Shown here piece after piece: positions 28,442 to 38,010 of a stretch of 64,000 nt of DNA (positions are counted from its first letter, which is position 1; every line of letters starts with the position of its first letter). This DNA is from Candidatus Latescibacterota bacterium. GTDB taxonomy: Bacteria > Latescibacterota > UBA2968 > UBA8231. The DNA lies in NCBI GenBank assembly GCA_963422735.1, contig OY730476.1, positions 4,256,001-4,320,000 of the forward strand, written 5' to 3'. Under the pieces are notes generated by a model. It saw only the letters and a program-made list of their open reading frames with translations, was not told the origin of the DNA and did not search any database. The position numbers and the translations under genes are program-made.

Positions 28442-29215
28442 CTAGCGAATGCCCGGTGCAAACGGCTTCGACCGATCCGCATACTCGTTGCCGGCTCGAT
28501 CTCGGCCGCGCGCCAAGTACACGGCATGGGACTGCGTGGGTCGCATCTTCACCGTCGCTGGCATATAGCGCATGGTGTAGCCGCAGCGCCGCTTGGCACT
28601 GGTGTTGGGGTTGGAGCCGTGGATGATTTTGGCGTGGTGGATGTGGCACTGGCCCTCGCGGATTTCCAGATCGACGACCCGCGACTGATCGACTTGATCG
28701 GCCACGATCTCGCGCCCGAAGACGTGGGTGTTGTGATCGACCTCCACATAGTCCGAAAAGCCGTGTCGGTGCGAATCGGCGACAACCCGCATACAGCCGT
28801 TTTCTCGCGTCGAGTCGTCGATGGCCAGCCACACGGTCAGTACCTCGTGCTCGCTGAGCCGCTCATTCCAATACGACGAGTCCTCGTGCCAGGGTACGCG
28901 CTTGCCGTCGCCGGGTGGCTTGCTGATAAAGTGGCTCGACCACAAGACGATGTCCGGGCCGATAAACGCCTCGACAAAATCGAGCACCTCGTCGGCGAGG
29001 AGCCACTCGAAAAGCTCTGGGTGAGCAAAGTGCGGCACATCCATAGCCTCTGGCCGCTTGCCCGCGGGCAAATCGGCCAACAAGCCGGCGAAGAAGGCTT
29101 GCAAGTGCTGGAACTTTTCGGCGGGAAAGAGCGGATGTTGATAGATAAAATAACCGTGATCGCGGTAGAACTGCACGTTCTCGGCGGTTATGTGCAAGGG
29201 ATAGGACATGGCCAT
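28442..29215 (-). CDS. Phytanoyl-CoA dioxygenase (PhyH) family Fe(II)/2OG oxygenase
   Basis: KPPG..VPWHED (HxD), WLAIDD...NGCM, HGSNPN...RR. Confidence 0.92.
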   Translation of the reverse strand: MAMSYPLHITAENVQFYRDHGYFIYQHPLFPAEKFQHLQAFFAGLLADLPAGKRPEAMDVPHFAHPELFEWLLADEVLDFVEAFIGPDIVLWSSHFISKPPGDGKRVPWHEDSSYWNERLSEHEVLTVWLAIDDSTRENGCMRVVADSHRHGFSDYVEVDHNTHVFGREIVADQVDQSRVVDLEIREGQCHIHHAKIIHGSNPNTSAKRRCGYTMRYMPATVKMRPTQSHAVYLARGRDRAGNEYADRSKPFAPGIR

Positions 29216-29254
29216 TTCCTTTCTGGACTTTCCTAGAATAAGGACTGTTTAATC

Positions 29255-29369
29255 AGTGGTTAGTGGTTAGTGGTTAGTGGTTAGTGGTTAGTGGTTAGTG
29301 GTTAGTGGTTAGTGGTTAGTGGTTAGTGGTTAGTGGTTAGTGGTTAGTGGTTAGTGGTTAGTGGTTAGT
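29255..29369. repeat. Perfect heptamer tandem repeat (AGTGGTT)16 + AGT
   Basis: 115 bp counted directly, with no mismatches. Confidence 0.97.
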
Positions 29370-29528
29370 CCCGTCTGCCCTCTTGGCAGCGGGTACACGG
29401 CGACTGGCCACGGAACATCAACGCGGGGGACCGCGCTGGCCGGGACGAGGGCTACGGGCAGGCCGAGTGAAACCCGAATTCCCAACCGTACACTAGGAAA
29501 TTCCGTTTTATAAAATGCCCGACAGCGC

Positions 29529-29583
29529 GTAGGGGGCAACCCTTGTGATTGCCCTAATAACATTCATTGAGCCTGTCGAAATG
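29529..29583. repeat. REP-like palindromes (GTAG-type hairpin and a TGAGCCTGTCGAA-type element)
   Basis: GTAGGGGGCAACCCTTGTGATTGCCCT at 29529-29555; CATTGAGCCTGTCGAAATG at 29565-29583. Confidence 0.5.
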
Positions 29584-29627
29584 ACGCAGATACGAAGGGG
29601 CTAAGTCAAATGTGACGGGCGCGGCCG

Positions 29628-31667
29628 TCACCCGTGCAGAATCGGATGCCCCGCGCCCTTAAACCAGCCATAGTCGAGCACAAACGACAGAAAAACCCCG
29701 CAGAAAAATCCCACTACCAGCCCGATAAACAGCGGCTTGAGCCGCTGGTAGAGTGCCACGCCGCCAAGGCGCAAGATCAACGCCTTGCAGGCCCACGCCA
29801 AGAAGACCGAGAACGCAATCCGCCGGACCATCCAAGTCGAGGCTACGGCCAGCCCCACCGGGTGCAAAGGCCACCACGCGACCCGGTAGTGCAAAAATGC
29901 CAGCACTACATAGCCCAACGCCCCACTGCTGGCCAAGCCGAGCTTGTCCCAGTCAACGGGCGCGGGATTGCGCGTCTGCTCGGCGACCCAGTCGAAGGCC
30001 CGCCCGCCCGCGCCTCCAGCCGCATTGAAAAACCACGACCGCAGGTTGCTCGCTCCGTAATCGTAGCACAAGTAGATCATAAAACTGGTGGTCGCGACAA
30101 AGCTGACCACGACCGCCAAACCAATGGCCAAGGCTAGTCCTCCGCTGCGTCGATGCGCGTAGTAATGGTGCAGTTTGAGTGCGTTGGCTGCTGAAGGCAT
30201 AAAGGTGGATTGCACATCGCTGCACCACGCAAAGGTCAGTGCCAGCGCGACCAAGTTCTGCGGCCCCAAGGCCGAGCCGGCCGCGGCCACGACCATGCCT
30301 TGGGCACTCATAGGCGTCGTCAAATAGTGCAGACCGGCTTGCGCCACAAGGCGCGTAAGGCCCAAGAAGATCGTCAGCGCGACCGCCAAATAGAAAGCCG
30401 CCAAGTGCAAGTCCAAGCCGCTGCGCCACAGCCAGCCGAGGATAAAACACAGTCCGGCCAACCCACCGCCCACCGCAACTCGATAGGAAATCATCTCGTC
30501 GTCGTCGTCGATCCGCCCGGCGCGGCCCAGCGCAGTGCGCCACACGGCCGCAAGGTGACTCCGCGCTATCCACAAGCTCCACCCCACCATCGCCGCAAAG
30601 GCCCCCCAAGACTGCCACGACAAGGGCGTCCCGCTGTACACAAACGGATCGGCGCGCAAATTAAAAAGGCCCGTTTCGGTGAGCAGGCCCAGTTGCACCA
30701 AGTAGAGCAGATGGAAGAACCAGACGCTGAACGAAATCGCTAGCGGAGCCAGATACATGAACCCCAAGACCGGGAAGTACAGCAGCAGGTTGATAGGCGG
30801 TACATAGGGAATGAGGACAAAGCTCCATTCCCGAAAGATGGGCACTTGCGCCATGCCCGGGAAAAAGTAGCTGGGAACATTGAAGGCAATAAGGCCGAAG
30901 GGGATGGCGAAACCGATCCAAAAGACCCGGGTCTTGAGTGCCGGCGGCAGTGCCGATCCCGGGGCCTCTTCGGTCAGCATCAAGGCCACCTCGGTCAGGG
31001 GGAAGGTCAGCCGCTCGCGCTCCATCCAATGCCGGCGCAACACCACCACCGAGCACAGGCCGACAAAGTATATGGCCAGCACCAGCAGCAGCCACCACAG
31101 CAGCGGCCCGGCCCACGCCCCCCACGGAATGGCCACATCCTTGTTCGGCAAGCCCTCGTAGAAAAAGCGCATGGTGTCGTGCGCTGGATCTGGGATGGCC
31201 CAATCCGGCAGATAGGGATGGACGTATTCGGCCCACTGGTTGGTGGGAAGTGCGCCGTAATAGGGCTTGGAGATGATGCTGAGAATCAGGCCAACGATGA
31301 AGATGGGCATGCCGCTGGCGACCAGCCCCATGATGATGATGGTGATCAGCTCGGCCGCGCTGAGGGCGCGCTTGAGCAGCGCGTTGCACAGGACTAGGAT
31401 AAACAGCGGCGCACCCACGGCAATGGGAAAGTACGACCACGTCATTTCCGACGAGCCGACCATCCATATTGAATAGGGACTGCCGATGCTGATGGCGACG
31501 ACCAGCCCCAAACCGAGCAGCATAGATCGCCAGCTTAGGCCCGACCCGGGCAATTCTACGAGGTAGCGGTCGCTGAGATGGGTGAGGTAATGGGTGGGGA
31601 TTTTCTTTTGCAAGGGGCGCTTCTTGGCAAAATTAACAGCAGGGCAAAAAAGGAGACGGTTCGTCAA
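29628..31667 (-). CDS. Polytopic membrane protein, DUF6785/DUF6784-like (OPT-like putative transporter); start uncertain
   Basis: FFYEGLP..IPWGAW, ERLTFPL, WWPLHPVG, PLFIGLVVG; clear paralog of 57091-59031. Confidence 0.75.
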   Translation of the reverse strand: MTNRLLFCPAVNFAKKRPLQKKIPTHYLTHLSDRYLVELPGSGLSWRSMLLGLGLVVAISIGSPYSIWMVGSSEMTWSYFPIAVGAPLFILVLCNALLKRALSAAELITIIIMGLVASGMPIFIVGLILSIISKPYYGALPTNQWAEYVHPYLPDWAIPDPAHDTMRFFYEGLPNKDVAIPWGAWAGPLLWWLLLVLAIYFVGLCSVVVLRRHWMERERLTFPLTEVALMLTEEAPGSALPPALKTRVFWIGFAIPFGLIAFNVPSYFFPGMAQVPIFREWSFVLIPYVPPINLLLYFPVLGFMYLAPLAISFSVWFFHLLYLVQLGLLTETGLFNLRADPFVYSGTPLSWQSWGAFAAMVGWSLWIARSHLAAVWRTALGRAGRIDDDDEMISYRVAVGGGLAGLCFILGWLWRSGLDLHLAAFYLAVALTIFLGLTRLVAQAGLHYLTTPMSAQGMVVAAAGSALGPQNLVALALTFAWCSDVQSTFMPSAANALKLHHYYAHRRSGGLALAIGLAVVVSFVATTSFMIYLCYDYGASNLRSWFFNAAGGAGGRAFDWVAEQTRNPAPVDWDKLGLASSGALGYVVLAFLHYRVAWWPLHPVGLAVASTWMVRRIAFSVFLAWACKALILRLGGVALYQRLKPLFIGLVVGFFCGVFLSFVLDYGWFKGAGHPILHG

Positions 31668-31805
31668 TCGTCAAGGCCGGTGCGCGGTTCTCCTGCATCT
31701 TATTAAGCAGGCAAGGACACAAAGCGGGTGGGATGCCCGCGTTCTGAGGAGTGCCCAGCGGATTTTGTTAGATTCTCTAAGCCACTTAACCCACAAGGAG
31801 CAACC

Positions 31806-32231
31806 ATGCGTAAAAGCCACATCTTTCTTATGATCGTCGTTTGGTTCGGCTTTGCTACCTACCTCGTCCTCAAAGTAACTTCCGGGGAAGCCGAGGAAGA
31901 CCAATCCCTAGGCTTAAGTCAGAAAATCCAAGCCATAGAGCAAAAGATCCAAGCCCAAGACGAACAAATCGAAAGGCTCGAAGCCAAGATGGTCGAAATC
32001 GAAAAGCTGCTTGCGGCTGTGCAACAAGCTCCACCGCCCAAACCGCGTAGTAAAGCCACCACTAAGTTGCAAGAGCATCTCAATGTAACCCAAGAGCTCC
32101 ATATAGCCGAAGATGTCGCCCGCTCTCTTCCTCATCCAACCCAAGAACACCTACAAACAATCCGCCGGCTCCACGAGATGCGACACAAAGCCGATCAGGC
32201 TCACATGCACCCTCCGATCCACATCCACTAA
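31806..32231 (+). CDS. Hypothetical membrane-anchored coiled-coil protein with His-rich C terminus
   Basis: AAGGAG RBS then ATG 31806; N-terminal TM, heptad region, ...HMHPPIHIH. Confidence 0.65.
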   Translation: MRKSHIFLMIVVWFGFATYLVLKVTSGEAEEDQSLGLSQKIQAIEQKIQAQDEQIERLEAKMVEIEKLLAAVQQAPPPKPRSKATTKLQEHLNVTQELHIAEDVARSLPHPTQEHLQTIRRLHEMRHKADQAHMHPPIHIH

Positions 32232-32327
32232 CCCCACCGGACTGGTTAGAAAAAAGAACTGGTATGAGCAGCGAATTGTTTCCCGGCAAGCACCTATTCG
32301 CCTGCGGCCCAGCACCGCCGGAGTTTT

Positions 32328-34313
32328 CTACGGTCTAAGTTGTGCTTCCACGATCTGCAAAAAATGCGCCTCCTGTCCAACCTCCCCCCCTATCAAGCGA
32401 GCGCATTCCCGTGCATCGTCCACCCGCCCGGCCCAAACCAATTCTACCGCCAACGCCTGAAACAAACTCAACGCATAGCGGCGGCGAAAGTCCTCGGCCA
32501 AAAAAGCGCGCTCCAAATGGATCAAGGCCCGATCGCGTTCTGAGAGCAGATGGTAGAGCTGGCCCTTGACAAAATCGACAAAGGACGCTCCCACGGCCGG
32601 ATCGTGCGCGAGAAACTCCGCCTGTTTCAGCGCGGCCTGCACCTCGTCCTGCTGCCCCTCGGTAAGCGCCATCCCCTGCATCTTGACGCACCACACCCAC
32701 TGCACGGCCGCCCACAACCCGCGCCGCGTAAACGGCACCTCGCGGCGCGCGGCCGCGTAATGCACCTGCGCCCGCGCAAAATCTCGCTCGGCGAAAAGTT
32801 GATTCGCCACCGTTAGAACCAACGGTCCCTGTTGCCCCTGCTGCATCCACTGCTCGACGCCGCGCCGTTCCCCCGGCGACAGCCGCTGCCCCTCCATGGC
32901 CGCTAGTTGCTCGAGATAGCGCACATTGTGCCCATTGTACTGGTGCAAGGGTGCTTGTGCGAGCATGGCCGCCATCTTGTTGTACGCGACTACGCGCTCC
33001 ACCGGTAGGTCGCCCAAAGCGCGCCGATACGCCGCCTCGCTCCGCAGCAACCCTAGGTCAATGGCTTGCAATTGGGCGACGCTATGGAGAATGGTCTGCG
33101 CCAACAGAGCCTGCCCGGCAACAGAAAAATGGACGTGATCCGCCATCCACTCCCAACCCACGCCCGGCGCGGGCGCAACGGCTGCAAACGCCGCCTCCAC
33201 ATCCGCCAACGCGGCCCCATGCTCTTTGGCGACGGCGCGAATCACCGCATTGTGCGCTGTGGGAGCGCGCCACGGCATGGTGTCCAAATCCCGCGCCTTG
33301 CGAAAGGCCCGCTGCGCTTGGGCATCCCGACCCAACCGCTCCAAGGCTCGGCCTTGCAAATAGCACAACCAAGCGTGTTCGCTCGCAAGGGCCGCGGCTT
33401 GCTCCAATTGCTGCAGCGCGTCCTCGGCATCCTCCGGTGCGATGTATCCCCGCGTCAGCAACCGCGCCGCTGGTTCCACCTGCGCCTTCCACGCCTCGCC
33501 CCCCTCCGTCGATCCAACCGGCGCAAATCCCGCATCATTCGCCGCGATAGTACACAGTACTAAAGGCACTTGCGCTCGCGCGCAGAGCCGACTTACGCGC
33601 CGCAAGTTGTCGCGCAAATTTTGCTCAGCCGTCGCTCGACCAGGGCCGTGCAATGGCACCTCGCCGCGCAGAGCCGCCATTTTTATCAAATCCGTCGGCT
33701 CGTTCCTAGCCCTAATGCCCCCTAGCAATCTATCCACCAGATGCGTCAAATGCAGTTGCCGCAAAAAGTACTGTAGCCGCTGGTGCCGCCCAGCCCCGTA
33801 CAACCCGTAGAATTCGTTGTGTCCGGTATAGACGACGACCAGATCCGGCGACAGTACCAACGCATCTTCCACCACTTGCGCCACCGCAAAGCTGGCAATG
33901 GACGTGATGCCCAAATTAATGACCTCCACTTCCCGCTCCGGCCACGCATCCGCCAGCATCGCCTGCAAAAAGGACGCCGCCGACAAACGTCGCGGATGGG
34001 GAAAACCCTGCACCGTGGAAGCCCCGACAAAAACGACGCGATAGCGGTTAGCCGGCGCGGGTTCCACAAAGAAATGCTCGCCCATCTGACCCGCTGCGGC
34101 CAGCCGCCCCTTGTATTGCGTAAAAAATCGCTGCGCATAAAACCGACTCGTCGCGCGCAGCGATTCGCCGGTCGCCTCGTCCTCGACCAAAGTTGCGACC
34201 AAAGGCGACGGTCCCAATCTTGGCACGAGTCGCAGCAAGCCCTCTGCTGCCACCACCAAGGCCGCGCCGATTGCGAGGGCCGCCAAGCGCAAGAACCAGA
34301 CTCTATTCGTCAC
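32328..34313 (-). CDS. Membrane-anchored SGNH/GDSL hydrolase-like protein with TPR repeats
   Basis: FVGASTVQG, EVINLG, YTGHNEFYG, DHVH; TPR-like helices. Confidence 0.8.
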   Translation of the reverse strand: MTNRVWFLRLAALAIGAALVVAAEGLLRLVPRLGPSPLVATLVEDEATGESLRATSRFYAQRFFTQYKGRLAAAGQMGEHFFVEPAPANRYRVVFVGASTVQGFPHPRRLSAASFLQAMLADAWPEREVEVINLGITSIASFAVAQVVEDALVLSPDLVVVYTGHNEFYGLYGAGRHQRLQYFLRQLHLTHLVDRLLGGIRARNEPTDLIKMAALRGEVPLHGPGRATAEQNLRDNLRRVSRLCARAQVPLVLCTIAANDAGFAPVGSTEGGEAWKAQVEPAARLLTRGYIAPEDAEDALQQLEQAAALASEHAWLCYLQGRALERLGRDAQAQRAFRKARDLDTMPWRAPTAHNAVIRAVAKEHGAALADVEAAFAAVAPAPGVGWEWMADHVHFSVAGQALLAQTILHSVAQLQAIDLGLLRSEAAYRRALGDLPVERVVAYNKMAAMLAQAPLHQYNGHNVRYLEQLAAMEGQRLSPGERRGVEQWMQQGQQGPLVLTVANQLFAERDFARAQVHYAAARREVPFTRRGLWAAVQWVWCVKMQGMALTEGQQDEVQAALKQAEFLAHDPAVGASFVDFVKGQLYHLLSERDRALIHLERAFLAEDFRRRYALSLFQALAVELVWAGRVDDARECARLIGGEVGQEAHFLQIVEAQLRP

Positions 34314-36004
34314 TTAGCCCCTCGCGGTCGTCCTAGCATTGCGTACACCCTCTCCAACGCCGCGTATATATCCTCGCGCGGTGCCGCCACCACCGCCTGT
34401 TCGAGAACCTCGGCTGCCTGCTGATATTGCCCCAACCCCACATAGACACCAGCCACATTGCTCCACACGTCAGCGCGTTCCCGTTCGTGTTCCAACACGT
34501 TCAGAAGAATGGGCAGTGCGCCGCGCAAATCGCCGCGCATCGCCCGCAGCGAGCCGAGATTGAACCAAGCCTGCCAATACGTCGAATCGAGCCGCGTGGC
34601 CTGTTCGTATTTCAGCAGTGCCAGATCGTAGCGGCCTTGTTGTAGATAGGCGTTGCCCAAATCGTTGTGCGTGGCGGCTTTGCCCTGCCCATCCATTGAT
34701 GGCAGATCCCAATTCATCAACAGCAGTAAGAGGGCGAGAAAGGCCGTCGGCCAAAGCGCTTGGCGGAAGGGCTGTTGCCGCCACCTTGCATACAGCCAGT
34801 TCCCTCCGTACACGGCGAACAAGATCAGCAGCGGGACGATCGGCAGGCGATAGCGAGCCGCGACAAAAAAGGAGATTACTGCGAAGCTATAGCCGAGAAC
34901 GAAAAGCACCGGCAGCGCCATGCCTTGCCGCCGGATGTACACTATCAGGCCCAAAATCGCGAGGGGGCTTACTAAGCCAAAGGGAAAAGCCACCCCCCAT
35001 TTCCACAAGGTACCCGCGAGAGTGCTTGAATACTTGCGCCAATAGTACATTTCCTGGTTGCGCTCTATTTCATCGCCGCGCCAGAACTGGGCGGTTTTTT
35101 TCGCCAGCAATCCGAGGTAATCGAGGGGGGCATTCTGCATGTACGCAAGAGCCTGCATGTAAAAGAACTGGGACTTAGCGGAAGGGCGAGTGATCCCTTC
35201 TCGCAGCGGCCGGGCAACCAGTTCCTCCCATTCCCAGCCCGGGCGCAAAGCGAGTGTCTGCTCGGCGTTTGCGTTGTTTCCTAGGTAGAAATTCACTCCT
35301 CCATTATAAGAGATCGGCACGATGTCTCCACCGATGGTGTAGTTTCTCAGCGTTACCGGCGCAATCGCCAGCACCGCTCCGAGCAGAAAAGGCGCGACCT
35401 TTTTCCGCAACCAATAGAACAGCCAGATGGCCACGCCCGGGATCAAAGACGCGAGGATCGCCGCGGTAAGAGATGCGAGGCCCATAGCAAACCCTGCGGC
35501 CATAAAAATGGATCTCGTCGGCCGCTCGACCGCGCGCATTAACAGCAAGAGACCGACAAGGGGAAAAAAAGTGGCAAGACCGGCTGGTAAGAGCCGGGCG
35601 TCAAAATAAATCAGCGGCCCGTACCCCGCCGCAATGAGGCCGCCGACGAAACTGACACCGGACCCAAAAAGCCGCTGCCCGACCAAGCATAGCAACGCGC
35701 AGGTAAAGCTGCCGATTAGAGCCTGAGCAAAGCGGGATATGTAGTAAAAGGATTCTGGGGATACGAGCTTGATCGCGCCTAGAAAATAAGGATAGAGCGG
35801 GGGTTGCCAGTATGGGCCTTGGCCGCGCCCCAACCAGTTGCCCGCGGCTAGACTGGCCGCCTGTTCGGAGTAGGTGGCCGCGTCCACCGCCGGCATACTG
35901 AAAAGAGGACTGGCCGACATCTGGAACGCATGCGTCAAACGCAGACTCAGCGCCAGTGCAAAGACGATCCCAAGTGCCCACCGCGGATGGCTGGCAATGC
36001 GCAT
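34310..36004 (-). CDS. GT39/PMT(ArnT)-like membrane glycosyltransferase with C-terminal TPRs
   Basis: DAATY, PPLYPYFL, RNY...SYNGGVNFYLGNN, RYRLP; TPRs (HNDLGNAY, WFNLG). Confidence 0.8.
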   Translation of the reverse strand: MRIASHPRWALGIVFALALSLRLTHAFQMSASPLFSMPAVDAATYSEQAASLAAGNWLGRGQGPYWQPPLYPYFLGAIKLVSPESFYYISRFAQALIGSFTCALLCLVGQRLFGSGVSFVGGLIAAGYGPLIYFDARLLPAGLATFFPLVGLLLLMRAVERPTRSIFMAAGFAMGLASLTAAILASLIPGVAIWLFYWLRKKVAPFLLGAVLAIAPVTLRNYTIGGDIVPISYNGGVNFYLGNNANAEQTLALRPGWEWEELVARPLREGITRPSAKSQFFYMQALAYMQNAPLDYLGLLAKKTAQFWRGDEIERNQEMYYWRKYSSTLAGTLWKWGVAFPFGLVSPLAILGLIVYIRRQGMALPVLFVLGYSFAVISFFVAARYRLPIVPLLILFAVYGGNWLYARWRQQPFRQALWPTAFLALLLLLMNWDLPSMDGQGKAATHNDLGNAYLQQGRYDLALLKYEQATRLDSTYWQAWFNLGSLRAMRGDLRGALPILLNVLEHERERADVWSNVAGVYVGLGQYQQAAEVLEQAVVAAPREDIYAALERVYAMLGRPRGAK

Positions 36005-36008
36005 TAGC

Positions 36009-36107
36009 GTATCTACCTTTGTGTGCGCCAGTGGTTCACCCACTCTCATCCACGAAGGGCACGAAGGAACGCGAAGTATCTACCTTTGTGCGCGCCTGTG
36101 GTTCACC
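36009..36107. repeat. 32-bp direct repeat (36009-36040, 36076-36107) around a CACGAAGG 9-mer array
   Basis: GTATCTACCTTTGTG(T/C)GCGCC(A/T)GTGGTTCACC with 2 mismatches; CCACGAAGGGCACGAAGG lies between and can pair with either copy. Confidence 0.75.
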
Positions 36108-36149
36108 TGCCCATCACGTCCCACACCAAGCGCGATTTTCCCTCCAGCA

Positions 36150-37304
36150 TCAATCGATGCGATTGTCATTGATATAATCCCAATTGTAGGCCATGCCCAA
36201 TCCCGGCTCCTGCGATACGTGTACGCATCCTTCGCCGTCCATGGGATCGGCGATCTGTCCGAGATGCGGTGGGCTCTCGTCGTACTTGCGTCCGGGCCGC
36301 AACAGGCCGCGCTCGTAATAGCGGCAGGTGGCCTCGGGAGCGGCCGCAGCCAAATGCACATGCGGGGCACCAACCCCGTGCAGTTCGCATTGTACGCCGT
36401 AGAGCTGGCACAAATTGATGAGCTTCCAGCAGCCAGTGATGCCGCCGTAACTCACATCAATGCGCAGCATATCGCAGGCTCCCTGCAATAGCCATTCGGC
36501 CCGCGCAAAGGGACCGCCTTTGATGTGTTCGGGGGAACAGATAGCGATGGTGGTCTGCTGCGTCAGGCGGCGGTAGGACTCCACTCGCGTCTCGACCATC
36601 GGGTGTTCCAACCAGTAGTAGTTGAGTGCCTCCAATTCTCGTGCGACCCACAGCGATTCCTCCAGGGAATAGACGCCGAACGGATCGAGCATCAGCACAA
36701 TATTGTCTCCCACGGCCTCGCGCACGGCGCGACAGATCTTCACATCCTCCTTGGGAAACCCCGGCAGTTGCGGCGCAGGCTCCTGTGTGTGCGGATTCCA
36801 GCAGATATTGGCGTGTACTTTGAAGGCTTTGTAACCGCGCTGTACGCATTCCTGCGCCAGCTCTACATACACATCGGGGCCGCCCAAGTTTGGGTACGTG
36901 CTGGCGTATGCTTCGACCCTGTCGCGGGTGCCGCCCAAGAGTTGGTACACGGGCATACCAGCTTTTTGCCCCGCCAAATCCCACAGCGCACAATCGACAA
37001 TTCCGAGTTCGTGTTCGGCGAGGCTGTGGCCAAACGTGGACATCTGGTCCATCCAATGCCATAGCTTCTCGCGGTTGAGAGGATCCTCGCCTACTAAGAG
37101 ATCTTTGATGGGCCCTCCCATGGTCGCCTTGCTGCCGCCCAGCATGTACCCGGTGACGCCCTCATCGGTGGAAATTCTGGTGATCGCACCAGTGCCTTCC
37201 ACTTCCTCGTCGTCAATCCACACGCCGTAACCCCAGCGCGATCCGGCACTGCGCCCGCGGTGCTTGGTGCGAAAGTGAATGACTTCGACATCGGTGATTT
37301 TCAC
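36150..37304 (-). CDS. Mandelate racemase/muconate lactonizing (enolase superfamily) enzyme
   Basis: DCALWDLAG, KAFKVH, LMLDP, WLEHP, ELHG; GAGGAGG RBS. Confidence 0.92.
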   Translation of the reverse strand: MKITDVEVIHFRTKHRGRSAGSRWGYGVWIDDEEVEGTGAITRISTDEGVTGYMLGGSKATMGGPIKDLLVGEDPLNREKLWHWMDQMSTFGHSLAEHELGIVDCALWDLAGQKAGMPVYQLLGGTRDRVEAYASTYPNLGGPDVYVELAQECVQRGYKAFKVHANICWNPHTQEPAPQLPGFPKEDVKICRAVREAVGDNIVLMLDPFGVYSLEESLWVARELEALNYYWLEHPMVETRVESYRRLTQQTTIAICSPEHIKGGPFARAEWLLQGACDMLRIDVSYGGITGCWKLINLCQLYGVQCELHGVGAPHVHLAAAAPEATCRYYERGLLRPGRKYDESPPHLGQIADPMDGEGCVHVSQEPGLGMAYNWDYINDNRID

Positions 37305-37353
37305 GATTTGTCCTCCTCGGAAATAGATGATATCAGGAATTCACCAAATAGTT

Positions 37354-37700
37354 TCAACTTCTAATTGCTGTATTTGATAATCCGTTGTGACGAGCGGTAG
37401 GCGGAGGTGCTGTTGCAGCAATCATACGGTCTGGCATATCGGGTATTTGATCGCGAGAAATACTTTCCAATTGTTCTGCAATCGCAAGATCAAAAGGGAC
37501 AACTTTGAGTCCTGAATCAGGTCGGTGTAATGTGGCTTTCGAATCGGTCAAATTTTGTCGGGACAATCGCTCTTTTTCAGCCAAGTATATAACTTCGACA
37601 ATTGTCACTGATGACACATAGACTAGGTGCCTGATGAGATTGTATCTCGAATAGCTTGACTAGCAGCGGATGAAAGGTGTGGTGATCGCGCTAAGAACAG
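37354..37700 (-). pseudogene. PIN-domain (VapC-like) toxin remnant
   Basis: SSVTIVEVIYLAEK...IPDMPDRMIAATA PIN motifs; upstream SPHLSSAASQAI lies in another frame; the C terminus drifts. Confidence 0.7.
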
Positions 37701-37702
37701 TT

Positions 37703-37860
37703 CATCCCAATTCGCGATCTTGAGGGTATTTATCTTTGATTTATACCATGGCCAACTCAGTGAGACGAGTAGCCTACCTACGATACCCTGAGAGACTGCC
37801 GCGATTTCTTCTTAAAGCGTCGCGTATGTCGTCAATGTGCCCTCGAGTGTCATTACTCAT
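37703..37860 (-). pseudogene. Degenerate small gene, possibly a HepT/DUF86-like remnant
   Basis: AAGGAG RBS then MSNDTRGHIDDIRDAL..., internal stops, later IKDKYPQ. Weak similarity by eye. Confidence 0.3.
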
Positions 37861-38010
37861 ATCTCCTTTTCCCGATTGTAGCGCGACAGCCCTGATTGTC
37901 GAGACTGAACAAAATAAATGTGCCATGGCCCCGGCCCCTCGTCAAGCAACGGGCCGAATCGAGTTTAGAAGGCTTCTTAGGGGGTGCCTCCACCGTACGC
38001 GACCTGCCTA

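Noticed and set aside
29255-29369. CRISPR array or true telomere
   Set aside because: It is a 7-bp unit with no spacers, no cas genes, and lies between ordinary bacterial genes.
36009-36107. Mini CRISPR array (32-bp repeat, 35-bp spacer)
   Set aside because: Only two imperfect copies, the spacer is itself repetitive and complementary to the repeat, and there are no cas genes.
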